64,000 nucleotides of DNA from positions 88,491-152,490 of the forward strand of contig CAVSGZ010000013.1 of the NCBI GenBank assembly GCA_963727765.1. The letters are read 5' to 3'. This document shows positions 1-10,219 of this stretch, in pieces. Made by a program: the position numbers and the translations under genes. The notes under the pieces were generated by a model. The model had not been told where the DNA came from, did no database searches, and saw nothing but the letters and a program-made list of their open reading frames with translations. How positions within the stretch are numbered: the stretch's first letter is position 1; every line of letters begins with the position of its first letter. Source of the DNA: an uncultured Acidobacteriota bacterium. Its GTDB lineage: Bacteria > Acidobacteriota > Vicinamibacteria > Vicinamibacterales > Fen-181.

Positions 1-861
1 GGCGTGCCGGGCGAGGCCGTGGACGGCGATGTCAGGGACGAGGCGGCGGTCACGCGCGCGCTTGATGGCTGCGACGGCGTCTGCCACTCGGCGGCGCTCG
101 TCAGTCGGTGGCGGCGGCGGCGCGAGGATTTCGACGACGTCAACGTCGGCGGCCTGCGGCACGTGCTCGACGCCGCGCGGTCGGCCGGAGTTCGGCGCCT
201 GGTGTACACCTCGTCGTTTCTGGCGCTGCCGCCAACTGGCGCGTCGACACCAGGGCGCTGGAACGATTACCAGCGGACCAAGGTGGCGGCCGACGAGTTG
301 GCCGAGGACGCCGTAGCGGCCGGCGCGCCGCTGGTTCGCGTCTACCCCGGCGTGATCTACGGGCCCGGCTCGCTCACCGAAGGCAACCTTGTCGGCACGA
401 TGGTGTCGGACCACCTGCGCGGGAAGCTGCCCGGCCTCGTGGGCGGGGACCGAGTCTGGTCGTACGCCTGGATCGACGACGTGGCGCGTGGGCATGTCGC
501 GGCGATGGAGCGAGGCCGGATCGGTGCGCGATACTGCCTGGGCGGCGAGAACGCTCCGCAGTGGCGCGTCTTCGAAATCGTGCGCGAGTTGACGGGGCGA
601 TCGCTGCCGCGGCGCGTTCCCGTTGCGCTGGCTTCGCTGGTCGGCGCGACCGGCGAGCTGTGGGCGAGCCTCACCGGCCGGCCGCCGTTGCTCACGGCGG
701 GCACGGTGAACATCCTCACGCACGACTGGGCGATCGACAGTTCAGCCGCGGTTGGCGATCTTGGGTATCACATCACGCCGCTCCGCGAGGGGATCGCGCG
801 CCTCGTGGAGCAGCTTAGCGACGGCCGCGGCGGGGCGCGGCTCGGGGAGCAGGGCGCGTGA
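1..861 (+). CDS. NAD-dependent epimerase/dehydratase (extended SDR); 5' end lies upstream of the window
   Basis: Frame-1 ORF is open from base 1 to the stop at 859-861. The translation has SDR hallmarks (CHSAALVS, catalytic YxxxK as YQRTK) but lacks the N-terminal GxxGxxG. The stop overlaps the next gene's start (GTGA at 858-861). Confidence 0.75.
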   Translation, partial: GVPGEAVDGDVRDEAAVTRALDGCDGVCHSAALVSRWRRRREDFDDVNVGGLRHVLDAARSAGVRRLVYTSSFLALPPTGASTPGRWNDYQRTKVAADELAEDAVAAGAPLVRVYPGVIYGPGSLTEGNLVGTMVSDHLRGKLPGLVGGDRVWSYAWIDDVARGHVAAMERGRIGARYCLGGENAPQWRVFEIVRELTGRSLPRRVPVALASLVGATGELWASLTGRPPLLTAGTVNILTHDWAIDSSAAVGDLGYHITPLREGIARLVEQLSDGRGGARLGEQGA

Positions 862-2204
862 CCACGTTCTCGGAGAACCGGCGTCAGACGCTGCACATGG
901 CCATGGCGGCGTTCGCTCTGCTGCTGCGGGTGTTGACCTGGTGGCAGGCGGCCGCGTGCGCCACGGCCGCGTTTCTGTTCAACCTGCTCGTGCTGCCGCG
1001 GATCGCGCGCGCGACGCTCTACCGCTCAGGGGACGCAGCGCGAGGTTATCCGCTCGGCATCCTCTTCTACCCTCTCTCGGTACTCGTCCTCGTCGTGGCC
1101 TTCCCGCGACGCCCGGATATCGTCGCCGCGGCGTGGGGCATCATGGCCTTTGGCGATGGCGCGGCCACGCTGGTCGGCAAACGCATGGGGGGCCGGCCCA
1201 TTCCGTGGAACCCCGACAAGACCGTTGCCGGAACGGCGGCGTTCGTCGTCGCAGGCACACTGGCCGGCGCGGCGCTGGCGGGGTGGACGAGGCCGGCCGT
1301 GTCGCCGATGCCGCCGATGCTGTTCGCGCTGGCAGCCCCGGCGCTGGCAGCGCTCGCCGCCGCCGGCGTCGAGTCGCTCCGCGTGCGGCTCGACGACAAC
1401 ATCTCGGTGCCCATCACGGCCGCCATCGTGATGGGCGGGCTTGCGCTCATCGACGCTTCGTCGTGGGCCGCCGCGCAGGGCGCTCTGCCTACGGCGCTCG
1501 TCTACGCGGCCCTGGTCAATGTGCCCATCGCCACGCTCGGCTGGTGGGCGGGTGCGGTGACGGTGCCGGGCGCGGCGGTGGGCGGCGTCATCGGGATCGC
1601 GGTCTTCGCGGGCGCGGGACCGTCGGGATGGGCACTGCTCTTCCTGTCGTTCCTGGCCGCCACCGTCTCGACCCGCCTCGGCTTCAAGCGAAAGTCGGTG
1701 CTCGGGATCGCAGAGGCTCGCGGGGGGCGGCGCGGGCCCGGCAACGCCGTCGCCAACACGGGGCTGGCCGCCTTCGCGGCGCTGCTGGCTGCGCTCTCGC
1801 CACACCGCGAGGGGGCACTGCTGGCGATGACGGCGGCTCTGGTGGCCGGAGCCAGCGACACCGTCGCCAGCGAGATTGGCAAGGCGTGGGGCGCGCGGAC
1901 CTACCTGTTCCCGCTGTTCACGCGGGTGCGCCCGGGAACGTCTGGCGCGGTATCGCTCGAGGGGACCGGCGCCGGAATCGTCGCCGCCCTCGCGCTCGCG
2001 GCGATAGCGCTCGCGCTCGGTCTCATCAAGGGCAGCGGCCTGTGGATCGTCACGGTCGCGGCGACGGCGGGGTCACTGGTGGAAAGCTCGCTCGGCGCGA
2101 CGCTCGAGGCGTCGGGTACGCTCGACAACGACATGCTCAATTTCATCAACACCGCCGTGTCGGCGGCGTTCGCCGTCGCCACGGCGTGGATGGTGGCCCG
2201 ATGA
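858..2204 (+). CDS. Fusion membrane protein: CTP-dependent polyprenol (dolichol/phytol) kinase-like N-domain plus DUF92/TMEM19 (VTE6-like) C-domain
   Basis: 448-aa polytopic ORF. The N-half carries 'FGDGAATLVGKRMGG...WNPDKTVAGTAAF', typical of the phosphatidate cytidylyltransferase/dolichol kinase family. The C-half carries 'ASDTVASEIGKAWG...PGTSGAVSLEGTGAG', typical of DUF92. An ATGA overlap links it to the next gene. Confidence 0.65.
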   Translation: MTTFSENRRQTLHMAMAAFALLLRVLTWWQAAACATAAFLFNLLVLPRIARATLYRSGDAARGYPLGILFYPLSVLVLVVAFPRRPDIVAAAWGIMAFGDGAATLVGKRMGGRPIPWNPDKTVAGTAAFVVAGTLAGAALAGWTRPAVSPMPPMLFALAAPALAALAAAGVESLRVRLDDNISVPITAAIVMGGLALIDASSWAAAQGALPTALVYAALVNVPIATLGWWAGAVTVPGAAVGGVIGIAVFAGAGPSGWALLFLSFLAATVSTRLGFKRKSVLGIAEARGGRRGPGNAVANTGLAAFAALLAALSPHREGALLAMTAALVAGASDTVASEIGKAWGARTYLFPLFTRVRPGTSGAVSLEGTGAGIVAALALAAIALALGLIKGSGLWIVTVAATAGSLVESSLGATLEASGTLDNDMLNFINTAVSAAFAVATAWMVAR

Positions 2205-3118
2205 CCGGCCGATCCCGATTCGGTCTCTACCTCGAGTTCGCCCGGCCCTTCACGCTGTTCGCCCCGGCGCTCGGGATGGCGTCGGGCGGCGCCACCGCCA
2301 TCGGCGCGGCGCCGCGCGAGTCGTGGAGCTGGTGGCTCGTCATCTACCCGCTGGTCGGCGCGCTCATGGCCGCCACGCTCAATGCCGCGTCGAACGGGCT
2401 GAACCAGATCTACGACCTGGAGATCGATGCGGTGAACAAGCCCAAGCGCCCGCTACCGAGCGGGCGTATGACGCTGCGCGAAGCGTGGGCGTTCACAATC
2501 CTCGCCTTCGCCGCGGCCTGGCTGCTGGCCTGGCTCGTCGCGCCTGGCGGGCGGCACCAGTGCTTCTGGCTCGTCGTGGCGGCCACGCTCATCACAACGC
2601 TCTACTCGGTGCCGCCGTTCCGCACCAAGCGCCTGGGCATCTGGGCCAACCTGACGGTGGCGATCCCGCGCGGGACGCTGCTCAAGGTCGCCGGGTGGTC
2701 ATCGGTCAAGACGGTGATGGGGGTCGAGCCCTGGTTCATCGGCGCGATCTTCGGCCTCTTCCTCCTCGGCGCCACGACAACCAAGGACTTCGCGGACATG
2801 GAGGGCGACGCGCGGGGCGGCTGTCGCACGCTGCCGATCCAGTTCGGCGTCAGGCGGGCGGCGTGGATGATCTCGCCGTCGTTCGTCGTGCCGTTCCTGA
2901 TGATCCCCATCGGCGCGTGGGCCGGGATTCTCACCGGCCACTTCTGGCTGCTCCAGCTGCTCGGCGCGGTGATGACGGTCTACGGCATCTACGTCTGCTA
3001 CCTGATGCTGCGCCGCCCGGAGGACCTGGCCGTCGAGGAGAATCACGTGTCCTGGGCGCACATGTACCGCATGATGTTCGTCGCGCAGGTCGGGTTCGCG
3101 CTGGCCTACCTGCTCTGA
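2201..3118 (+). CDS. UbiA-family aromatic/polyprenyl prenyltransferase
   Basis: Start ATG at 2201 overlaps the upstream stop. Carries the two Asp-rich UbiA motifs 'NQIYDLEIDAVNKPKRPLPSG' and 'KDFADMEGDARGG'. About 8-9 predicted TM helices. Confidence 0.8.
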   Translation: MTGRSRFGLYLEFARPFTLFAPALGMASGGATAIGAAPRESWSWWLVIYPLVGALMAATLNAASNGLNQIYDLEIDAVNKPKRPLPSGRMTLREAWAFTILAFAAAWLLAWLVAPGGRHQCFWLVVAATLITTLYSVPPFRTKRLGIWANLTVAIPRGTLLKVAGWSSVKTVMGVEPWFIGAIFGLFLLGATTTKDFADMEGDARGGCRTLPIQFGVRRAAWMISPSFVVPFLMIPIGAWAGILTGHFWLLQLLGAVMTVYGIYVCYLMLRRPEDLAVEENHVSWAHMYRMMFVAQVGFALAYLL

Positions 3119-3138
3119 GAATCCCCAGGGGCGCAAGG

Positions 3139-4383
3139 ATGACGACCATGAACACTGCGAGCGGCGTCCGCGCGGCATGGCTGGCCTGGACGGGCGCCGT
3201 CGTCGCCTCGGTCGCCCTCATCGCGCTGACCCACTACACGACGCGCGATCCCGACTCGCTCCTGCACGCCGGGATTGCCGCGCGCCTGAGCCAGCAGCCG
3301 ATCGGCCACTGGATCGCGCCGGAGTGGTGGGGCCTCTGGGGAATGCAGGGCCTGTACTGCGAGCACCCGGCCGGCATCTTTCTCGTGCCGGCGGCGCTGG
3401 CGCGGCTCGGTTTTCCCGCCGAACAGGCCGCCTACGCGGTCAACGTTTTCTATCAGGTGGCCAGCCTGGTCCTGGTGATCCTGATCGCCCGTGTGCTGGT
3501 CGAGCCGGTCGAGGCGCGCGCACTCGGGTGGCTGCTGCAGCTGCTGCCCATCGCCTTCGTCTTCCGCATTCGAGCCAATCACGAGTACGCACTGCTGGCG
3601 GGCCTGCTGCTGGCGGTGTACTCCACCGAGCGGGCACGCAGACGGCCGGCATGGACACTGGGCATGATGGCCGGCTTCTGCGTCGTCCTCTTGGTGAAGG
3701 GCGTGTTCGCGCTGGTCGTGCCGGTGACCTGTGCCGTCTGGCTCGTCGCCAGGATCGGACAGCCCGGCGGTCGCCGCTTTAACTGGCCGACGTGGGCGGC
3801 GATCGGGCTGATGCCGGTGGCTGCAGTGCTCGGGGCTTGGGGGTACGAGGCTGCCTATGTGCGGGTCACCGGTCAGTCGTTCCTGACCGTCTATCGAGAG
3901 CGGCAGCTCCCGGCGGGTGCGTTCACGAGCGGGCCGCTCTGGTGGAGGGGGCCGTACACGGTGGTGTGGTACCTCGGACGCATTGTCTGGTACGCGTTTC
4001 CGTGGAGCCTGGCCGCAGGATGGGTTGCGTGGCGCGGCGTGAAGGGCGGGGCGGCGTGCCCGTGGGCCCGGCGCGGGCGCGAGGCCCTCGACCGGATCGC
4101 GTCGGGCACCTGGCAGGGCGCGTGGTTCGCGGTCGCGTCGAGCCTCGTGCTGACCGTCGGCTTCTCGCTGGCCCACCGAAAGGCCGACCGCTACCTGTTC
4201 CCCGTCTACTTCATCCTCGGCGCCGCGGGCGCTGTGACTGCCCTGCGCCGCATTGGCTGGCTGCGGCGGCTGGCCGATCGGCTGGATCGGCCGTGGGTGC
4301 CGGCCGCTTTCTACCTGGTCCTCTTCCTCGCGGCGCTGCTCACGGCGGGCTCGCTGCCGAGCTTCACGTTCTGGAGGTCCTGA
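3139..4383 (+). CDS. GT-C fold (ArnT/PMT, GT39/GT83-like) polytopic glycosyltransferase-like membrane protein
   Basis: ATG at 3139, in frame with the long ORF ending at 4383. Multi-TM protein whose composition resembles lipid-linked-sugar-dependent glycosyltransferases. The family call rests on overall resemblance only. Confidence 0.55.
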   Translation: MTTMNTASGVRAAWLAWTGAVVASVALIALTHYTTRDPDSLLHAGIAARLSQQPIGHWIAPEWWGLWGMQGLYCEHPAGIFLVPAALARLGFPAEQAAYAVNVFYQVASLVLVILIARVLVEPVEARALGWLLQLLPIAFVFRIRANHEYALLAGLLLAVYSTERARRRPAWTLGMMAGFCVVLLVKGVFALVVPVTCAVWLVARIGQPGGRRFNWPTWAAIGLMPVAAVLGAWGYEAAYVRVTGQSFLTVYRERQLPAGAFTSGPLWWRGPYTVVWYLGRIVWYAFPWSLAAGWVAWRGVKGGAACPWARRGREALDRIASGTWQGAWFAVASSLVLTVGFSLAHRKADRYLFPVYFILGAAGAVTALRRIGWLRRLADRLDRPWVPAAFYLVLFLAALLTAGSLPSFTFWRS

Positions 4384-4396
4384 TCTCGGAGGGGTT

Positions 4397-5230
4397 TCAG
4401 GCGGTGTGCAGCAGCGCCCGGATGCGCGCCTCGGTCGGAGGATGTGTGCTGAAGATCGACAGCATGCCGGAGACCGAGAACGGCTTGATGATGAACATGT
4501 GAGCCGTGGCGGGGTTGGCGTCGAGTGGCACCTGCTTCGCCACTGTTTCGATCTTCTTGAGCGCGTCCACCAGGCCATAGGGACTGCCGACCAGTTGCGC
4601 CGCCCCTGCATCGGCCGCGAACTCACGCGACCGCGAGATGGCCGCCTGGATCACCATCGCCGCCAGCGGCGCCAGGATGATCGTCAGCAGGAGGCCGATG
4701 GGGTTGCCGCGATTGTCGTCGTCGCGTCCGCCGCCGAAGAAAGCCGCAAACTGCGCGATGCGCGCGATCATCATGATGGCCGCGCCCATCGTCGCGGCCA
4801 CCGAGCTGATGAGGATGTCGCGGTGCCTCACGTGCGACAGCTCGTGGGCGATCACTCCCTCGAGTTCGTTCTCGTTGAGCACGCGCAGGATCCCCTCGGT
4901 TGCCGCCACGGCAGCGTGCGAAGGATTGCGGCCCGTCGCAAACGCGTTGGGCGAAGGGTCGGGGATGACGTACACCTTCGGCATCGGCAGGCTCGCGCGC
5001 TGCGCGAGGCGCTCGGTCACGCGGTAGAGCACATGGTCGGGACCGACCGGCTGGGCCCGGTACATCGCGAGCACGATCTTGTCGGAGAACCAGTAGGACG
5101 CGAAGTTCATGAGCACCGCGAACCCGAACGCCATCACGAGGCCGTTGGCTCCGCCGAACGACTCACCGATGAGCAGGACCAGCGCGCTCAATAATCCGAG
5201 GAGGAGTGCCGTTTTCATCCCGTTTGCCAT
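4397..5230 (-). CDS. htpX: Zinc metalloprotease HtpX (M48 family)
   Basis: 277-aa ORF with an N-terminal TM pair and the HEXXH motif 'HELSHVRHRD'. The overall sequence is typical of HtpX. Confidence 0.9.
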   Translation of the reverse strand: MANGMKTALLLGLLSALVLLIGESFGGANGLVMAFGFAVLMNFASYWFSDKIVLAMYRAQPVGPDHVLYRVTERLAQRASLPMPKVYVIPDPSPNAFATGRNPSHAAVAATEGILRVLNENELEGVIAHELSHVRHRDILISSVAATMGAAIMMIARIAQFAAFFGGGRDDDNRGNPIGLLLTIILAPLAAMVIQAAISRSREFAADAGAAQLVGSPYGLVDALKKIETVAKQVPLDANPATAHMFIIKPFSVSGMLSIFSTHPPTEARIRALLHTA

Positions 5231-5357
5231 GGTCCCAGTATCCTACAAATCACCGGCTCGGGCACCCTGGCCACGGGGACACGAGGTCGGCTCGCCGGCG
5301 GCCTGGCCCCGCCGGCTCGGACTCGCAAATGGCCGTCGTCTGTCGGATAATGTCTCA

Positions 5358-5921
5358 ATGCGGTGTCAGCACGTCGCCACGATCCTCATCGCTCTCCTGC
5401 TCGCCGCCGCCGCGCAGCCCGCGAGTTCGCAGGAACGACAAAGCACCGCGCCGCCCGCAGCACAGGCCCAGCCGCAGGGCGCCGCCACGCAGCAGCCGTC
5501 GGGGCCACCGGCCCCGGCCGCGCCCGAACAGGCACCGACGGAGGCCACGCTCGGCGTGCCCTTCTATCCTGCGATGGAATTTCTGGGGTCCTTCGACGCG
5601 GGCAGCGGCCAGCGTTACTACCTGTTCGGCGTCAACGCCGCCTTCGACGACGTGGTGGCGTGGTACCGGACGGCGCTGAAGCAGCGCGGCGAGCTGGTGT
5701 TCGACCAGCCCGCCACCCACGAGTTCGACATCGGGAAGTTCCGCGAAGAGACGATGGCCTTCCCGCCGAGCATCACGGTGAAGGATTACGCCTGGGGCGG
5801 GATGGCCGGCTACCCGAACCCGAATCCCAAGGGCGAGCCCGCGCGCTTCCGGACCGTGGTCCAGATCGTGCCCATCCCGTCCGCAGTTCCGCCGGTCAAG
5901 CGCGAGCCCGGGATCGATTGA
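5358..5921 (+). CDS. Hypothetical secreted protein
   Basis: Internal ATG at 5358 gives the signal peptide 'MRCQHVATILIALLLAAAAQPASS'. This is followed by a Pro/Ala/Gln-rich linker and a globular C-domain. No family was recognised. Confidence 0.55.
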   Translation: MRCQHVATILIALLLAAAAQPASSQERQSTAPPAAQAQPQGAATQQPSGPPAPAAPEQAPTEATLGVPFYPAMEFLGSFDAGSGQRYYLFGVNAAFDDVVAWYRTALKQRGELVFDQPATHEFDIGKFREETMAFPPSITVKDYAWGGMAGYPNPNPKGEPARFRTVVQIVPIPSAVPPVKREPGID

Positions 5922-5947
5922 CGCGCTCCGCTCGCCCGCTCACGCTT

Positions 5948-6193
5948 CTACCTGCGCTTGCGCGCCGCCGGCTTGCGCCGGCGGCACGCGCGCGCGGCTT
6001 CCTTCTCGGCTTCCTTGGCCATTTCGGCGACGAGCTGCAGCGAGGTCTGCGCCGAGAAGATGATGCCGATCCAGAACTCGGACGCCTCCGGTTCGCCGGC
6101 GAGCAGGGCCTGCACTTCGTCGAGTGACTCGACCGCGTCGGCCAGCCGCTCCATCGCCAGACCGTGACCTGCGTTAGCTGCTTTCTTCGCCAT
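5948..6193 (-). CDS. Small hypothetical protein with a basic C-terminal tail
   Basis: ORF 5948..6241. The more plausible start is 'MAKKAANAG' at 6193. Composition is helical and acidic with a terminal RRRKPAARKRR. No recognised domain. Confidence 0.35.
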   Translation of the reverse strand: MAKKAANAGHGLAMERLADAVESLDEVQALLAGEPEASEFWIGIIFSAQTSLQLVAEMAKEAEKEAARACRRRKPAARKRR

Positions 6194-6284
6194 CGCGCGC
6201 TCCTTGTGGATAGGTTGAATGTCCGTTCTCACAGGGTACACGCAATGCGTCAGAACAGCCAGATCCCGACCGCTCTTTCCGTCC

Positions 6285-6372
6285 TTCGATCGCTCATCGG
6301 AGGATCCGATTGATACGCGTCAGTTTCGATCACTCATCGAAGTCCCCGATTGACCTGCCCGTCCTCCGATTA
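6285..6372. repeat. About 40-nt tandem repeat x2 plus a partial unit (TTCGATC[GA]CTCATCG[GA]A...CCGATTGA)
   Basis: Units at 6285-6324 and 6325-6364 align directly, with a third CCGATTA copy at 6364-6372. The core ACTCATCGAAG recurs in inverted orientation at 10267-10277. Confidence 0.6.
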
Positions 6373-6413
6373 CATCGTCTGTGATACATTGCCCCGCCGT
6401 GGAGGGTACTGCC

Positions 6414-7580
6414 ATGACATTTCCGCTCATTCGCCGATCGCTCGGCCTGCTGCTTCTCGCGCTCGCGCTGCCCGCCGCCGCGGCGGCCCAGGGCCAGACG
6501 GCCTGGATGGACATCGCCAAGACACCACCCATGGGGTGGAACAGTTGGAACAAATTCGCCTGCAACGTGAGCGAGAGCCTCATCCGCGAGGTCGCCGACG
6601 CGATGGTCTCCTCCGGCATGAAGGACGCCGGCTACCAGTACATCGTCATCGACGACTGCTGGCAGGTTGGCCGCGACAAGAACGGCAACATCGTCCCCGA
6701 CCCGGATCGGTTCAAGGGCGGCATGAAGGCGCTCGCCGACTACGTCCACTCGAAGGGGCTGAAGTTCGGCCTCTACTCGGACGCCGGCGCGAGGACGTGC
6801 GAGGGCCGTCCCGGCAGCAACGGCTTCGAGGTCGAGGACGCGCGCCAGTACGCGGCCTGGGGCGTGGACTACCTCAAGTTCGACTGGTGCAGCAGCGACG
6901 GCGTCGATCCGAAGATCGCCTACCCGACCATGCGCGATGCGCTGAGAGCGACCGGCCGCCCAATCCTGTTCAGCATGTGCGAGTGGGGCACGAGCAAACC
7001 GTGGACCTGGTCGCGCGGCGTGGCGCACATCTGGCGGACGACCGGGGACATCTCGGACCGCTGGAACAGCTTCACGCGTTTGCTCGACCTGCAGGTCGGC
7101 CTCGAGAAATACGCCGGCCCCGGCGGGTGGAACGACCCCGACATGCTGGAGGTCGGCAACGGCGGGATGACCATCCCCGAGTACCGCGCGCACTTCAGCC
7201 TGTGGTGCCTGCTCTCCGCCCCGCTCATCGCGGGCAACGACATCCGCAGCATGACACCCGACATCCGCGACATCCTGACCAACAAGGAGGTCATTGCCGT
7301 CGACCAGGACCCGCTGCAGCAGGGGCGGCGAATCCGCAAGGACGGCGACCTCGAGGTGTGGGTGAAGAACCTCGCCGGCGAGGCCCGCGTGGTCGTCCTG
7401 CTCAACCGGGGCAGAACCGAGGCCCCGATGGCGGTGTCGTGGCAGGAGCTGGGCCTGCCGTTCGATGCCGAGCTGAAGGTGCGCGACCTGTGGGCGAAAA
7501 AGGACCTGGGCGCGGTGAAGGGTACGTTCTCGATGAGCGTGCCGAGCCACGACGTAGTGATGATCAAGGTGGCCAGATAA
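6414..7580 (+). CDS. Alpha-galactosidase, glycoside hydrolase family 27 (secreted)
   Basis: Signal peptide 'MTFPLIRRSLGLLLLALALPAAAAAQ', then the GH27 signature 'PPMGWNSWNKFACNV...YQYIVIDDCWQ...GLKFGLYSDAG...YLKFDWC'. An alternative upstream start exists at 6381. Confidence 0.88.
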   Translation: MTFPLIRRSLGLLLLALALPAAAAAQGQTAWMDIAKTPPMGWNSWNKFACNVSESLIREVADAMVSSGMKDAGYQYIVIDDCWQVGRDKNGNIVPDPDRFKGGMKALADYVHSKGLKFGLYSDAGARTCEGRPGSNGFEVEDARQYAAWGVDYLKFDWCSSDGVDPKIAYPTMRDALRATGRPILFSMCEWGTSKPWTWSRGVAHIWRTTGDISDRWNSFTRLLDLQVGLEKYAGPGGWNDPDMLEVGNGGMTIPEYRAHFSLWCLLSAPLIAGNDIRSMTPDIRDILTNKEVIAVDQDPLQQGRRIRKDGDLEVWVKNLAGEARVVVLLNRGRTEAPMAVSWQELGLPFDAELKVRDLWAKKDLGAVKGTFSMSVPSHDVVMIKVAR

Positions 7581-7602
7581 ACACGTTGTCTCGAGGTGCC
7601 GT

Positions 7603-10219
7603 ATGCGTCGTTTCCTGACTGTCTGCACGATCGTCTGCGCCGCGGGCACGTTGTTCGTCCACGCGCAGCAGCCCGTAGCCAAGGAACCGGCGGCGAAGCC
7701 CGCCGCTCAGGCCAAGGCAGCGCCCGCGAAACCCGCTCCATTCACGCTGTCGATTGACAGCATCATGAGCGGCGCCAAGCTGGTGGGCAACGCGCCCACC
7801 GGCGTGCGCTTCCTTCCCGACTCGTCGAAGATCGTCTTCTCCTGGCAGAAGCCGGGCGAGGACCGCGCCAACACCCACGTCGTCAACCGCGACGGGACCG
7901 GCCTCAAGCAACTCTCGGCCGAGGAAGCGCGCCAGCTTCCGGCCACGCCGACCGGCCGCCTCGACCGCGCGCGGAAGCGCCTGCTGGTCGCCGAAGGCGG
8001 CAACATCGTCATCTACGACGTCACGACCAACGCGCGGCGGCAACTGATGAAGACGGCCGCCATCGAGTCGAATCCGCGATGGGCGCGCGGCGACACGGCG
8101 GTGACCTTCATCCGCGACGGCAACCTGTTCCTGATGACGCTCGACGGCTCGGCGGCGGGGCCCGCCGAAGTGCAGCTCACCGACGTCGCGGCGGCAGCCG
8201 GTGAGGGCGGCCGCCACGGGGGTCGGACGCGGCGCCATCGGCGGAACCGGCCAGCGGGGCGGACAGGTGGCCGGCGCGCGTGGCGGAAGCGACCAGGGCC
8301 AGGCAACCGAGTCGCAGCGCGTGCTTCGGCAGGAGGAGATGGCCCTCATCGAGCACCTCAAGCGGCAGGCTGAGCAGCGTCAACGCGGCGGGGGCGGAGG
8401 AGGGGGTGGACGCGGCGGGCGCGGCGGCTTCGGGATGATGGGCGGCGGCGCGCCGGCCGAACCGATCGCCCGCTTCACGCCCGGGCCGCGGCAGTCGGTC
8501 ACCGACATGCTGCTCTCCTCGGACGAGAAGTACGTCTTCATCGCGGTCACCGAGCGACCGGAGATCCCGGCGCGCAACCAGGACGTTCCGAACTACGTGA
8601 CCGAGTCGGCCTATCCCGAGATGATCAACGGCCGCTCCGACGTCGGCGACTCGCAGTCGCACCGCCTGCTCGCGGTCCTCGATCTCAAGGGCAACAAGAC
8701 ACTATGGGCGGACGCCTCTTCGTTCGCCGGCAGCGAGAAGCCGGCCAAGCAGGGCGAGGCAGCCAAGCCCAGGCTGGTCGACTGGAGCCTGCCCGAATGC
8801 TCCGACGACGGCAGCCGATGCCTCGCGTCGGTGAGGTCGCAGGACTACCACGACCGCTGGCTCGTCACGATCGACCCAGCAACGGGCAAGGCCGCGTCGC
8901 TCGACAACCTCCACGACGACGCCTGGATCCGCGAGGCGGCGGTGTCGACCGGCTCGGGCGGCGGCTTCGGCGGGGGGTTCGGCGGCGGTGCTTTCGGCGG
9001 AGGCGGCATCACGTGGCTTCCCGACAACAGGCGCGTCATTTACCTGGCCGAGCGCGACGGCTGGATGCACGCCTGGACGCTCGACGTGACCGCCGACAAG
9101 CCGGCGCCTAAGGCCCTGACGAGCGGCAAGTGGGAGATCTCGAGCGCGCGGCTGTCCAACGACCGCACGAAGGTGTACTTCACGGCAAGCGAGGTGCACC
9201 CGGGCGAGCACCACTTCTACACCATCCCGGTCGACGGCGGAGCGTTCACCCGCATCACCACGACGACCGGCGGCCACGAGGTCACCGTCTCGCCCGACGA
9301 GAAGACGCTGGTGGACCTGTTCTCCACCATCAACCGGCCGCCCGAGATCTTCGTGCTGCCGTTCGCGGCCGGCGCCAAGGCCACGCAGGTGACGACGACG
9401 CCGACGGCCGAGTACCTGGCGTTCAAGTGGATCGAGCCAAAGGTCATCACCTACAAGGCGCGCGACGGGCAGATGGTCTACGCGCGTCTCTACACGCCGG
9501 AGATGGTCGGCGCCAGACGTGACCCGCGGCACCCGGCGGTGCTGTTCATCCACGGCGCCGGCTACCTGCAGTACGCGCACAAGTACTGGTCGGGGACCTA
9601 CTTCCGCGAGCACATGTTCAACCATCTGCTGGCCTCGCGCGGCTACGTCGTCCTCGCGCCCGACTACCGGGCGAGCGCCGGCTACGGCCGCGACTGGCGC
9701 ACGGGGATCTACCAGCACATGGGCGGCAAGGACCTCGACGACGTCGTCGATGGCGCCAAGTTCCTGGTGGCGACCGAGAAGGTGGACCCGAAGCGGATCG
9801 GGATCTACGGCGGCAGCTACGGCGGCTTCATGACGCTGATGGCGCTATTCACGACGCCGGACGTGTTCGCGGCCGGGGCGGCCCTGCGGCCGGTCACCGA
9901 CTGGGCGCATTACAACGAGAGCTACACGGCGCCCATCCTCGGCCTGCCCCAGACCGACCTCGACGCCTACAAGCGCAGCTCGCCGATCTACTTCGCCGAG
10001 GGGCTCAAGAACCAGCTGCTCATCTGCCACGGGATGGTGGACACCAACGTGTTCTACCAGGACACGGTGAGGCTGATGCAGCGGCTGATCGAGCTGAGGA
10101 AGGAAACCTGGTCGGTGGCGCCCTACCCGGTGGAGGACCACAGCTTCACCGAGGAGACGAGCTGGGCGGACGAATACAAGAGGATCTTCAGGCTGTTCGA
10201 GGGTTACCTGAAGAAGTAG
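7603..10219 (+). pseudogene. S9 family serine peptidase (DPP IV/prolyl oligopeptidase-like), split over two frames as sequenced
   Basis: The signal peptide and propeller N-part lie in frame 1 (7603 to about 8200). The rest, including the alpha/beta-hydrolase part 'IYGGSYGGFMT', lies in frame 2 (to 10219). The frame switch falls somewhere in the Gly/Arg-rich stretch 8190-8290. Confidence 0.75.
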
